A stretch of DNA of 64,000 nucleotides from contig NW_018408842.1 of the NCBI RefSeq assembly GCF_002113885.1, forward strand, positions 240,074 through 304,073, given 5' to 3'. The notes under the pieces are model-generated. The model was not told the origin of the DNA. It did no database searches and was given only the letters and a program-made list of their open reading frames with translations. Below, piece after piece: positions 23,757 to 36,960 of the stretch; the stretch's first letter is position 1, and each line of letters begins with the position of its first letter. Origin of the DNA: Mizuhopecten yessoensis (Eukaryota). The position numbers were made by a program, and so were the translations under genes.

Positions 23757-26427
23757 CTATAAAGAAGCGTTAATGATACCACTGTGAAGTCGTTCCCAGA
23801 ACAAATCCTCGGCCTCTATGAACAGGTTATCGTCCGCAAAGTCCCGTCGATTTGGTACCTCAATGCAGGTAATTTTATCCCATATATCACGAAGTGCGCG
23901 TGGCATATCCCTTGGATCTGCTTCCTCGTGAAATATGACGATAAGCATTTCCGGTTCTCCCCTCTCAAAAATATCCATGGCGGCCATTTGTAATTCGAAC
24001 TCGCACCACGTGGCCTGTAAATAACCCGGGGAAATGTTGAAAATGATCGTCATACTTTCACGCATACGGTCGACAATGTTTTGACCGATTGGCGTGCCTA
24101 TCTTAAAATCTCTGTCATGAAGATAAAGTTTTACTCCTCGTTCTGTCTCCAGTCTTGTTCTCAGAACGTCAAACACCCAGCGGTAATCTTCGCCGGAGTA
24201 GGCAACGAAAGCGTCAAATGTACAAACCTCTCGTAAATGGTCGGCCATAGCAGCCCGGACGCTTGCCTTGCTGCACGTTCTGTAGCACCAGTACCTGATC
24301 CTCCATCGATAGCGGTATACTACGATCCCTGTGATAACGACGAGGAGCAACACCGACATCGCGCTGATAGAGAACTCTATCCAAAACTTACTGACGCATT
24401 TCTCGAAATGTACACTGTAATCGCGAAGGACAGTAGAAGTATTTGACACTTGCCCATTCTCCAGAAAGCAGCGGTAGTCACCATGGTGATCCAAAGTAAC
24501 TGAAGTTTTTGATAGCCACATTACAAAATCTCGCGTCAGACAGCTGCACTGAAGTATGTTTCCTTCTAAGAAGATCGACATATTGCCGTGGCCATGTTGT
24601 ATATTGTCTAACCAGTCCATCACGCTCTGGTTTAAACCAACCAGCCGGTTAAATGACAGGTCTATAAGTCTCACGTCTGAAAATTCGAGAAGAGAAAACG
24701 GAAAATCAGACAATGTGTTATGAGAGAGATTGATAGAGCGGAGTTCTGGCGGTATGGTTAGGCCAAAAACGTTTATAAGATGGTTTTCAGATATATCCAG
24801 GCAAGATACGTTTCTTAGATCAGAAAAAAATATTCTTACGGCTGTTTAAAACCTTGTCCAGATTGATGTCTCGCATTTGTAATGTATTTGTCCCAGAAAA
24901 TACCTTGATAAAGACTGAATTAAGTTTTCTCATATCTAACCCAGATAAGTTTACGAAGTCGATCTTCTTGAAATCCAGTTCCATATCAATGTCAAAGCCC
25001 TCCAGGGGCATGTAAGAGATATCAAACACTTCTATTTGCCCACCGACAACTTTGAATGTTCTGTTACCGTAAAAGTGTAATTCATTAGCCATTATATGAT
25101 CAAAGCGAATAGTATGCAAAGTCTTTGGGAAGGGTATAACAACCTCCTGACGGCACGCATTGTGTATATCGTATGTACTGCTAGTTGATGATTTTGTAAT
25201 TTCTGTCCGATTTGTGTCTGTTTGTATCTTACACGAGCTGTTATTCACACGTCCACCCGTCCATAATCCTTCAATATGGATGTCCTTCCTAGCGTTGTCC
25301 TTTGGAAATACCCCATAATCATACGAAAAATCTAAAGTTTGCAGATTTGTTGATTTCCAAATAAAAATCAAAGTTTCTTGGTGTGTCCTAGCTCCATTTA
25401 AAGCAATGAAGTTTTCCTTTAAAATCAGCGCCGTCAGACACTCAATGTGTTTCCACTGCATTACAGCTTCCATTGATATCCCAGATATCTTGTTGTGTCC
25501 TATATTAAAATATTTCACACATATTTCCTTTAGATAACGCATTGATTCATTGTCCAGTACGGGGTGAGTAAATGGGACGTCCCCGTATGAGATGTGTTCA
25601 ACATTGTACATGTTGATGGCGTCCATGGTTTTATTCTGTAAAGGGTATAGAGAGGACAATGCTTTCTGTAGGCGGAGGCGGCTTCCGGAAAGATCCAGCA
25701 CTCGCAAATGACTGAATGGAATTAGAAATCCAGTCTCAACCAGGAGTATAGCGGAACATTCTCTAAGAGATAATACCTGTATTGGATTTGTTTTAAAATT
25801 CACAAACGTCAGGTTGGTTAAATTCATCAGCAGACATGATGTAAAATACATGGCTCTAAGGTGATTAAGACGAGCAAATTCGTTACCAAACACTGGTGTC
25901 TGATACAAATCCATTGTCAGTTCTTGTAAATTAGTAATCCGCGACAGTGCTTTAGAAGGGTAAATGCTATCGTTCTTATTGAATGGGTTGTGACCGATAT
26001 TCAAGTAGACTAGCGACACCAAATCTTGAAAAAGATTCGCTGGGAAATTTGGCGAGGACAAATGTATTTGGTTTCCTTGCAGATGTAATCTTCGTAACTT
26101 CGACAGACCAGAGAACGCACCTTTCTCTATTGTAGATATTCGATTTTGGTTCAGGAGCAGCGTCAGAAGATGTTGAAAAAATACAAATGTACCAGTGGAT
26201 AGTCGCGTAATGTAGTTATTTGTCAATGCTAAATAGGTTACCAGGCATGTTGTAATCCTCGGTACGCGGGTCCATCCTAGGGACGCACAGTCAACAATAC
26301 ACTTGTGCTGTTCCAACTTGAACGAACAGTTATTAGCTTTGATCAAAGAACCATTACTCAACACAATGCTCACGAAGAAGCACAACTGCAGCATCCGTGT
26401 ATGGTCCGACATTGCAGCACCAACCAT
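23757..26427 (-). CDS. TLR: Intronless single-cysteine-cluster Toll-like receptor (signal-LRRNT-LRRs-LRRCT-TM-TIR), about 889 aa if the frameshift is corrected
   Basis: ORF 24820-26427 has a signal peptide, LRRNT (CIVDCASLGWTRVP) and LxxLxLxxNxI repeats. ORF 23757-24713 has LRRCT (LEGNILQCSC...YRC...C), a TM segment and a TIR domain (FDAFVAYS, LHDRDF, WCEFEL, FWERL). Removing one T from the T7 run at 24824-24830 fuses them through NIFSDLRNVSCLDISENHL...LRSINLSHNTL. Confidence 0.95.
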
Positions 26428-26734
26428 GTGTAGTGTAAAAAGTCCCGGAACTTATCGATGTTAGTCTTAACGAAGGTGTGTTTTGCTGAAAAAAAGGTTT
26501 TGAATGCGAAAATCTAAAATTACCTCGTGATCATGTTTCTCGTTAATACAAGGAAGGGTGTCCTTCGGCTAGATACACAAGTTTGTGTCATGACAGGGGA
26601 TATGATGATAATTCGAGGTTCTTATAAACATTGTACCGCTTTATCACAACTTAGGTCTCAAGTTCTTAGGTCGTGTTAAAACGGTTCGCAAATTATAATC
26701 CGTGGTAATAGGAACTTGGAGCCAGTCAATACCT

Positions 26735-26775
26735 CTCTCTTCTCCTTGGGGAGCATACAGCCGGGCCCGCTGTCC
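26735..26775 (-). mobile_element. Possible Deu/Nin-domain SINE fragment
   Basis: TCTCCTTGGGGAGCATACAGCC resembles the conserved Nin/Deu core as I recall it; the match is short. Confidence 0.3.
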
Positions 26776-28575
26776 TTCCTCTAGACTACCGTGTCTCCAA
26801 TATAACGGGCGTTATTTTCTAATTGACAACGGGAAACGTAAATGTAATTAATAGAACAGGGAAATTGGCAACCGAAGGTACCATGTCAGAGCCGGAACAA
26901 AGTACACGATGGCGTTAACAAATGAGAACACAATCATAAATTGAATCTCGAGTTGAAACTTCGTTGCCTGTCTAGTTTATTTGTGGCTTGCACACTGTTT
27001 TGTGTTTCGACTTTGATGTTAGCCTATTGACTCCCTTGACTTCCTATTCATCTCTGAAAACCTGATATTATTTACCTCATATTTCCTCGTTTTATATTTT
27101 TTTGTAATTTAACTTAGCTTCACATATTTTCATGTCGAATTGCGGTTTTGGTTACGCTTTGATATACATGTACTAACTGTTAGACACACTCTTCACCATG
27201 GCAACAAGCGATGCAAGTAATTTAAATATATTAAATCGTATAAGAAGTTAATATATAATGTAGTATTTTTTCTTTATAATAACCCCGAATTGGGGATGCT
27301 ATCATATTTAAATAAGTAGTTATTTATGAGGTTAAATTTATATTTCCTTGTACACTTTTTAGAAGCTTTAACCATGGGTACATGTACATTTTGTATAAAC
27401 ATCGTAAGGTTTTGTGTTATTTATTCCCACGTTACACAGCCTGAACATTTGGTGACTCTGTCAGGTTTAGTCTCACCTAGCATACATTTCTAAAATACCT
27501 AGTCTCACCTAGCATACATTTCAATTTTCACACCTGATCACAATTTGGTTATATAATCATTTTCTTTGTAAAGAATTATAATGACACGTGGTAGTAGATG
27601 AAATATGAGTATTAAAAAAAATAAGGATACAATTTAACCTGAAAATAATAACGATTTTACAGATATTATAACAGGTACAGTACTAGCCGCCTACATGTTA
27701 TTAAAATCTTAAATTATTGTTGATCAACTAATCTTAATATCAAAGAAAATGTATGCTACGTGAGACGACACCCTCTGTCACACATAACATACTTAATTAG
27801 CTTCAGTGTGTATGTACAATGTACCTGTATTTGTGTTCTTACAGAGTGTATGTATGTAGAAAAATTCTGAACGTATCGTATGATATTTACTGTACTTTTA
27901 CATATACAGCGTATTTCATTAGCTAGAGATATTGATTTTCATTATTTTGCCTGTGTACATGTATAATCGATGAGGCATAGATAGAAATAACGAAGGTATG
28001 ACACAGGAAGGGTCAGAGTGGTTCAGTTTCACGTATGGATTCACTCCATTTCTACATGGTTGTATTCTTACTTCGTTATTTTAGCGATTGTTGTTTGGAT
28101 TTATTCCGGCACAGTTAACTTGAAATGTTTGCATGAAATAGGTATTTCTAGTGGGAATGTAAAGTAAACAATGCACGGAGAAGATAAAAGGTATTAAACT
28201 TGTGTCTAATCCCATTGGTATTTTGCAAATAAAATATGTTTAATTAAAATAAACGTACAATTTATACCTGTCAATTTCAATGGTGTGTGTGCATTATATA
28301 TTATACAGTAGATAAAATGCATATGTTTTGAACTCAGCGATGTAAGGGGAATAAACCTTTCTAAATTTACATTTTAGGACAAATAATTTCTTATCATACA
28401 GTATTAAATCGAGCATACACTGGGGTGTTAGAACTCACCTTTGCTTTACATCTAAAGTAACCTCACACACATCCTAAAAAAAGGTAATACAGTATAAGTT
28501 CTGTTGAACATTAGTGTGACAATAATAAATATTATTAGTTCGGCTCGGGGTCTATACAAACCATGAGTTTGACTG

Positions 28576-28819
28576 CTAAATTTCTCCTCACGTGTCCCTC
28601 AAGTATTTTCTCCGCAAGAATTCACATTCAGCCATCTTGAAGAATTTTATAATATGTAACACGCAAGCTGATTGGTCTAACGGCCGGTTAAAAATAGACG
28701 AAAATAGCTCGACCAATCAGCTCGCATATTATAAAATTCTCCAAGATGGTGGACGAAGTAGGGCTGAATGTGAAATCTTGCGGAGAAAATACTTGAGGGA
28801 CACGAGAGGAGAAATTTAG
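28576..28819. mobile_element. Palindromic MITE (~244 bp)
   Basis: Long inverted arms CTAAATTTCTCCTC.CGTGTCCCTCAAGTATTTTCTCCGCAAGA.TTCACATTCAGCC / GGCTGAATGTGAAATCTTGCGGAGAAAATACTTGAGGGACACGAGAGGAGAAATTTAG, with inner arms too. Confidence 0.88.
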
Positions 28820-30914
28820 TTGTGCATAAAACAAGTAAGCAAGTTTGTTTTGACCTTATCTTTGAGTATACCATGGTTTATTAATGTTACGTCGTCCGCT
28901 ATTCTGTGTACCGAATGAAGAATTTGTTTCGAAAAAATGTTCCGGATCGTGTCCGAGGTAACACAAATCGGTGATTTTTGCAAGCTTCGAAACTGCTTAC
29001 GAAATAACTACACTGTTTTGAAGATATATAATGGGTGTTATTTAAAGATTAATGTCCCTACTTTCGATCGAGACTACGCTGTGGGAAGGATTTTAGCGGA
29101 TAAAATTTCTGTGACACTTCAAACAAAATTACCTCAATTTTGCCAGCCGCTGGTAGGGGCTGAGTTCTTCACCTTTCTAGTTTTATATATTCAATTATTT
29201 TTTTTGATAGACGTGCCCACCACCTATGGTCGGACGCCATCTTTGTTGTTACGAAGAGATATTCTAGTTTGAGTTATCTCCCCTCGCACGTGCTTTTATA
29301 GACCCTGGCAGAGTGGGATTCTATAGAAATATATATCCCAGCAAGAATAAGAAGGGTGACAAATGGATATATATCAATTTCAATTCGACTGAGATAAATA
29401 ATGATGATTGAACAACTCGATTAAGCATGTGTATTATTATTGGAAAGGAATATTCATATTTGTTCGTTAACATTACATAAACTACATGGAAAATTATATT
29501 TAAATAGCGTATTGAATAATGTAACACACCATTCTGTTATTTTTATATAACAAAATATCAACATCGACCTCGGTGAGCATGATAAGCTCATCAGTATAAT
29601 TTTACGACGCTGTAGTAAGCCTAAGTCTGTAATATATTTTATAGTATCGTAATGGATTTAGAATGCTTGTTAAATTTTCGTCACTGGAAATGAAATGATA
29701 TTAAATGCCTTTTTTCATCTCCACCGTCACAGACAGCAAACTCGGCTAAAGTGTAATGATGGATTGAAGGGTAGCGTTTGGATTGCAGGCATGAATTGTG
29801 TTTGATTATGACAGGAAGACGACTTTTTTAAATTTGTTTTTCCGTCAGCATATCAAACTATTCAGAAAATAGATGTACTAAAAATGTTTTAGATAATGAC
29901 GCTAGGATAGGCGTAGAACCGGTCAGTGTAATCACAGTTTTGAGAGAAGGCAGAGGGAGACGATCCTCCAGTTATACATGCAATATAAACGAATCCTGCC
30001 AACGTAAGATCCTATGAGTATGTTGTTTTGCCTTAATTAAGGTTGAGATACCAACAGATGCATATCGTTTATCTTCTAATGAAATATTAATTGATAACTC
30101 AAATTGATAACTGGTGCGTTATCGCCCTAATCCACAAAATATCTTTCACAAAAGATACATAAAAAGTGGAACGCGTCCTCGCAACGTTTAAACTCTGGTA
30201 TATTTATCGGAATTGAGTGGATGGGATGGGGTGTTTCTTCATAGGGTGGTCATGTACATTTGTACGTAAATAAATAATGGAATATTACTCTAAAAGTGTA
30301 TTCACAGCAGCATTCAATGCACACTTCTGTAGGGGTTGTCTCCCTTCGCACATTTCAAAATTTGGAGTCTTTTTGCTTTGTAGTCGTGATCCAAGTACTG
30401 GACATACTTCACTAATTACGCTTTCCATTTCTAAGACGCGGTATATAGTGATAAGGTATTGTGTCATTTGACCCATTCAGATGTGCACATCCTGTGGTGT
30501 GTTACACAAGGAATGCTTTAAGTATTAAGCTGCGTTGGAGTTTAAGAGTGAGGCACAGGGGCACGTTACAAATGTCTGAAATACACACATATGCTATACT
30601 GATATGGGTCACAACACACATAAACATACACAAGGGAAGAAGCTTCGTCAGAGCACTACCGGTACCGCCAAATTTCAAATGAAGATTTTCAACACTTACT
30701 TTTGTTATTTTTTTCAGCGATCTGCGGCGATAGCTTCGGTTTGAATTGTAATTAAATAATCCATCATGATCAATTGTGTAATCATTCGTCTAATACATCC
30801 AATCAAGCACTTTTTCGGGGAATTTGCAGTTTTACCGCCATGATTAACTTGAACCTGACCCGGAAATGACGAGGGCTTTTCGACATGTCTTTATACCATA
30901 CTGCCAAATACTAN

Positions 30915-33486
30915 GCTATACAGATGCGTTAGAGTTTAAGAGTGAGGTGAGCTATACAGATGCGTTAGAGTTTAAGAGTGAGGTGAGCTATACAGATGCG
31001 TTAGAGTTTAAGAGTGAGGTGAGCTATACAGATGCGTTAGAGTTTAAGAGTGAGGTGAGCTATACAGATGCGTTAGAGTTTAAGAGTGAGGTGAGCTATA
31101 CAGATGCGTTAGAGTTTAAGAGTGAGGTGAGCTATACAGATGCGTTAGAGTTTAAGAGTGAGGTGAGCTATACAGATGCGTTAGAGTTTAAGAGTGAGGT
31201 GAGCTATACAGATGCGTTAGAGTTTAAGAGTGAGGTGAGCTATACAGATGCGTTAGAGTTTAAGAGTGAGGTGAGCTATACAGATGCGTTAGAGTTTAAG
31301 AGTGAGGTGAGCTATACAGATGCGTTAGAGTTTAAGAGTGAGGTGAGCTATACAGATGCGTTAGAGTTTAAGAGTGAGGTGAGCTATACAGATGCGTTAG
31401 AGTTTAAGAGTGAGGTGAGCTATACAGATGCGTTAGAGTTTAAGAGTGAGGTGAGCTATACAGATGCGTTAGAGTTTAAGAGTGAGGTGAGCTATACAGA
31501 TGCGTTAGAGTTTAAGAGTGAGGTGAGCTATACAGATGCGTTAGAGTTTAAGAGTGAGGTGAGCTATACAGATGCGTTAGAGTTTAAGAGTGAGGTGAGC
31601 TATACAGATGCGTTAGAGTTTAAGAGTGAGGTGAGCTATACAGATGCGTTAGAGTTTAAGAGTGAGGTGAGCTATACAGATGCGTTAGAGTTTAAGAGTG
31701 AGGTGAGCTATACAGATGCGTTAGAGTTTAAGAGTGAGGTGAGCTATACAGATGCGTTAGAGTTTAAGAGTGAGGTGAGCTATACAGATGCGTTAGAGTT
31801 TAAGAGTGAGGTGAGCTATACAGATGCGTTAGAGTTTAAGAGTGAGGTGAGCTATACAGATGCGTTAGAGTTTAAGAGTGAGGTGAGCTATACAGATGCG
31901 TTAGAGTTTAAGAGTGAGGTGAGCTATACAGATGCGTTAGAGTTTAAGAGTGAGGTGAGCTATACAGATGCGTTAGAGTTTAAGAGTGAGGTGAGCTATA
32001 CAGATGCGTTAGAGTTTAAGAGTGAGGTGAGCTATACAGATGCGTTAGAGTTTAAGAGTGAGGTGAGCTATACAGATGCGTTAGAGTTTAAGAGTGAGGT
32101 GAGCTATACAGATGCGTTAGAGTTTAAGAGTGAGGTGAGCTATACAGATGCGTTAGAGTTTAAGAGTGAGGTGAGCTATACAGATGCGTTAGAGTTTAAG
32201 AGTGAGGTGAGCTATACAGATGCGTTAGAGTTTAAGAGTGAGGTGAGCTATACAGATGCGTTAGAGTTTAAGAGTGAGGTGAGCTATACAGATGCGTTAG
32301 AGTTTAAGAGTGAGGTGAGCTATACAGATGCGTTAGAGTTTAAGAGTGAGGTGAGCTATACAGATGCGTTAGAGTTTAAGAGTGAGGTGAGCTATACAGA
32401 TGCGTTAGAGTTTAAGAGTGAGGTGAGCTATACAGATGCGTTAGAGTTTAAGAGTGAGGTGAGCTATACAGATGCGTTAGAGTTTAAGAGTGAGGTGAGC
32501 TATACAGATGCGTTAGAGTTTAAGAGTGAGGTGAGCTATACAGATGCGTTAGAGTTTAAGAGTGAGGTGAGCTATACAGATGCGTTAGAGTTTAAGAGTG
32601 AGGTGAGCTATACAGATGCGTTAGAGTTTAAGAGTGAGGTGAGCTATACAGATGCGTTAGAGTTTAAGAGTGAGGTGAGCTATACAGATGCGTTAGAGTT
32701 TAAGAGTGAGGTGAGCTATACAGATGCGTTAGAGTTTAAGAGTGAGGTGAGCTATACAGATGCGTTAGAGTTTAAGAGTGAGGTGAGCTATACAGATGCG
32801 TTAGAGTTTAAGAGTGAGGTGAGCTATACAGATGCGTTAGAGTTTAAGAGTGAGGTGAGCTATACAGATGCGTTAGAGTTTAAGAGTGAGGTGAGCTATA
32901 CAGATGCGTTAGAGTTTAAGAGTGAGGTGAGCTATACAGATGCGTTAGAGTTTAAGAGTGAGGTGAGCTATACAGATGCGTTAGAGTTTAAGAGTGAGGT
33001 GAGCTATACAGATGCGTTAGAGTTTAAGAGTGAGGTGAGCTATACAGATGCGTTAGAGTTTAAGAGTGAGGTGAGCTATACAGATGCGTTAGAGTTTAAG
33101 AGTGAGGTGAGCTATACAGATGCGTTAGAGTTTAAGAGTGAGGTGAGCTATACAGATGCGTTAGAGTTTAAGAGTGAGGTGAGCTATACAGATGCGTTAG
33201 AGTTTAAGAGTGAGGTGAGCTATACAGATGCGTTAGAGTTTAAGAGTGAGGTGAGCTATACAGATGCGTTAGAGTTTAAGAGTGAGGTGAGCTATACAGA
33301 TGCGTTAGAGTTTAAGAGTGAGGTGAGCTATACAGATGCGTTAGAGTTTAAGAGTGAGGTGAGCTATACAGATGCGTTAGAGTTTAAGAGTGAGGTGAGC
33401 TATACAGATGCGTTAGAGTTTAAGAGTGAGGTGAGCTATACAGATGCGTTAGAGTTTAAGAGTGAGGTGAGCTATACGGATGCGTT
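30915..33486. repeat. Perfect 36-bp tandem array, 71 identical copies plus a partial
   Basis: Unit GCTATACAGATGCGTTAGAGTTTAAGAGTGAGGTGA; 30915-33470 is 2556 bp = 71 units with no visible variant; it starts immediately after an N at 30914. Confidence 0.97.
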
Positions 33487-33899
33487 CGATGCGTTAGATT
33501 GTGATTGACTATGTTAGCCAGGTTTTTGGTGTGTACCACTCCTTACTCAGAAGGAGTCATAATCTGCTTCTCACTGACACTCAAGGACTCCTACTTGAAG
33601 AGAGTCAGGAAGGAGTTTGAATAGAACAAATCTATTGTATAGTACCGACGACGCAAAAATAGAGAATGGTATGGAGGATGTATTACATGTATCATAAGTC
33701 ATTTCATCTATTCATTATTGAGAATATTGAGCAAATTCAATATATCTTAGTTTCTTTATAGACTACATACATCGTTTGGAGTGATGGGTATCTCGTTTTA
33801 ACTATATGACATTGCTTTGTTGACTCACAAATGTAACCATGTAATGATTAGAAACGTTTCCAAAAATGAGGCTTTGAATGAGAGATATCAAGCTGAGAA

Positions 33900-35000
33900 G
33901 ATATATATTTGATTATCTAACGTGCTCAAAGCTGTCATATTCTTTCCAAATAAAGTTTTTGCTTTTTCTATTTAAAGTTCATTTTGTCATATATACTTTT
34001 GTCTTGTCGCAGCATAAACAAGAAAAGTTGAGAAGTTTTCTTAACGTTTGTTAGTATTACAGATAATGACTTTCAAGAATGCCAATCCTTTGAAAACTCT
34101 TTGAACAAACATGTGTATCAGTTTGCTATTAAATCATAGGATAATGCTGTTTTCTAGATTTTTTATCACAAATTATGGGTATTTTTGTCTTTCGGACATT
34201 CAGAGAATCTGAAAAGGACCAACCTTAGTAAATATAAATCCAAGATAATTAACATACACGGGGTTGCTACCCTTTTTTTTATTTAATGTTCTTCTGAACT
34301 GATTTGTAAAAAGATAACAGCTTTGTATTCGCAATATTCATGTTTAACTTTGAACTTTCAGTGTGATAACGGAAACTGTCATGTTGTAACTTTATATCTC
34401 ACTTTAAACAAACAAGTTAATTTCTCTATATATTTCAACATAATGTCGAAAACAGATTGAAATTGTGTTTAAGGTCGTCACTGATACAACTCGGGTTTAC
34501 AATTTCATGGCATGAATTCATTGAATTCGTTCATTCTAGTCTAGATACAACGTATAACGTAACAAATCTCATTATGTCCAATGTCGATATTGCACGGCAG
34601 TAAGCAGACCTTTTCATTATTTTAAATACAGCAACTCTAAACTTGATGATATTAAAATACTTCTAAGCATCTTTCAATTCATCTTATTTATCGTCATCTT
34701 ATTCAACAAACCGTTTCACCAGATCTTATCTAACGAAATTTCAAAGTCAATGAAAGGCGTAATGTAACTTAATTTAACGTCTTTTACATTTTCATCAGAT
34801 TATTTAATGCAGGCAGATATGTTAATTGTTTTTACTGTCGAATAGCTCTTCCTGAACCTCGCCTGGTTTTAACAAATTAAATGGGAATCCTCTAAAAATC
34901 AGTTTGTCAATATTGCAGTGAAAAGCTTTCCAGACAACTGTAAACTTGTATCGGTCGGTAATTTTAGGGGAACAGCTTACCAGATATATGTAACAGTTCC
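33900..35000 (-). mobile_element. Highly decayed LINE reverse-transcriptase fragment (RTE-X-like)
   Basis: Minus-strand motifs NQARFRKSYST (34836-34868; cf. NQAGFRxxYST) and FIDFEISLDKIW*NGLLNKM...KMLRSI (around 34719-34754; cf. FIDFEKAFDxVWRxGL). Boundaries are approximate. Confidence 0.6.
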
Positions 35001-35686
35001 TCGTCAACATGGTGATGAATGTAACATCCACGGAGATTAATTGATTTGCATTAATACTACATGTATCAACACCTGGCTAAAAAAACAGTTCCGTAAATTT
35101 GCTACATTTCAGGTGACAGAACCGTTGGTTTTACATGGTAAAACCAGTGTTGGAATGCATTATTGCCCATAGCTTCATAACTTCATCTGTGATCCATAAT
35201 TCCAAAAGCTAACAAGTGACACATGCCAATTCCACTAGTCTATGTTCATTTAATCTGAGGTCAGTTTCCACACTTTGATTGACATTTTAATTTCGATAGA
35301 TAAAGGACGACATATCACGTCACAAAAAATCTTCTTTCAATGCACGAACATGTTTCACGCTTGGGCGTATTTAACGTTTTGGGAAACTTTGGCCTTTAAT
35401 ATATTTATTTTTTATTTTTAAAATATTTAGTTGCTCCTTGATAAATCGATATTGTCACCATCTATCTTGTTGCGATGTGTTTTCCTACTGTTTGTGTTTG
35501 TATATATATTTGAAATTATCTCTTTTGTTCTAGACTTTGAACCCTGCTTAGCTTACGCTGACTTTTCTGCTCTCTAGCCCCTACGATACGAAATACCGCC
35601 ACTATTTCTAGGTGGGGCTGGGGCTGGATATAGTTAACAGATTGGTTTAAATAATTTCTCTGAAGAAACCATCACTTGTTTATTTC

Positions 35687-35737
35687 GCATGGTGCTAAAA
35701 CCATTTTCCCGCATGGTGCTAAAACCATTTTCCCGCA
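35687..35737. repeat. 24-bp tandem duplication
   Basis: CGCATGGTGCTAAAACCATTTTCC twice. Confidence 0.85.
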
Positions 35738-36960
35738 ATGTTAAATTCCGGGAAAGTTTCTAATGGTGCTCGTTGTCCTGCATACATTTTTTTTGGTTTA
35801 TTTAAAAATTTTGTTGTTTAGAATTTTTTTTTAGATTTTTTTTTCGGCAGTCACAATGAGGAATCTTTACGGAATATCAATTCAAAATCATCATTTATTT
35901 TCGTCAAAACGTTTTTTGTATCTTTTAGGAAAATGTTTGGGGAAAACACACTAAAAATGATAAAAAAAATCGCTCCATCCCTTCAAAATCTACACCGCAT
36001 TGTTTTATTTGCAGCATACCGTATTCAAATACGACTAGGGCCCTGGTATGCAGGACGGAAGTAAGAAGTTTGGATAATGGCATGGATGAGCAGCTAGTAG
36101 TACCAGTGATAAAACGTTATTTTAGCCGATTGTTGAGAAGTTTCTTAATCCAATACAAACGAATCACTCCCATAAACTTAATATATTATCGTAATTATTG
36201 TAATACAGAAGTACTATGGCTAGTCATGCTTGATTAGAAACTGAAGACGGGTATATCAACGTGATGTCGGTAGACCTTTACAGTATAGAACGAACCTTAC
36301 GTGGTTTTGACAACAAACTGTATTTACTTGATTTCTATTGTTGCTCGACATTTGAAAACTAGAAATAAAAAAATAAACCATTCGATTTAATTGCCTGGTT
36401 TTGTCGTTGTAAAATGAAGCAGATTGCGCTATTGCCTTGACGTGACTTGATTTGAGAAGCTACGTGTAAATATCACGTGATCTTGTGGGGTGGCCGTGTT
36501 TGTGCCACATTGAGAGACCAAATTTTCTTCCATTCGTCATCATTTTCTGCTCATTGTTTTCTGTGCTGCGTGCCAAACCGTTTGTCATGCTACCGATTAT
36601 GATTAACGAGCTTACAGTGTAATTACTGAATCTATGCTACCCATTCGTCTCTATTGTTGTATAATTAATCAAATTTAAAACGCTTTCAGGCAAATTATGT
36701 AATTGCTATTTTAGAAGAAGACAGATGTTTGGGAACCCAAATCAGGCGACTAAAACGCTTTGTTTGCGAAATTGTGAAACACTTATATCGAATTACTTTT
36801 TTATTTACAATAAGTATGAAGATAAATCGTAAATGAATGTAGCATTCAAAAAAAGATAGAATAGCATAAAATGTGCTGATACCTTGCTTTTATCGTGTGT
36901 TTAATTAAGCCAGGCTTGTAGAATAGTTTCGCCTTCAATTTTGAAATGTATTTCACGTTA

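Noticed and set aside
23784-24446. Plus-strand ORFs within the TLR
   Set aside because: Short antisense shadows of the real coding strand.
26820-26875. NF-kB-like GGGAAA motifs upstream of the TLR (and an IRF-like motif near 3900)
   Set aside because: Incomplete consensus matches, expected by chance in this much sequence.
30866-33508. 880-aa ORF of (YTDALEFKSEVS)n
   Set aside because: Translation of a stop-free 36-bp satellite across an N, with no synonymous variation and no signal or domain; not credible as a gene.
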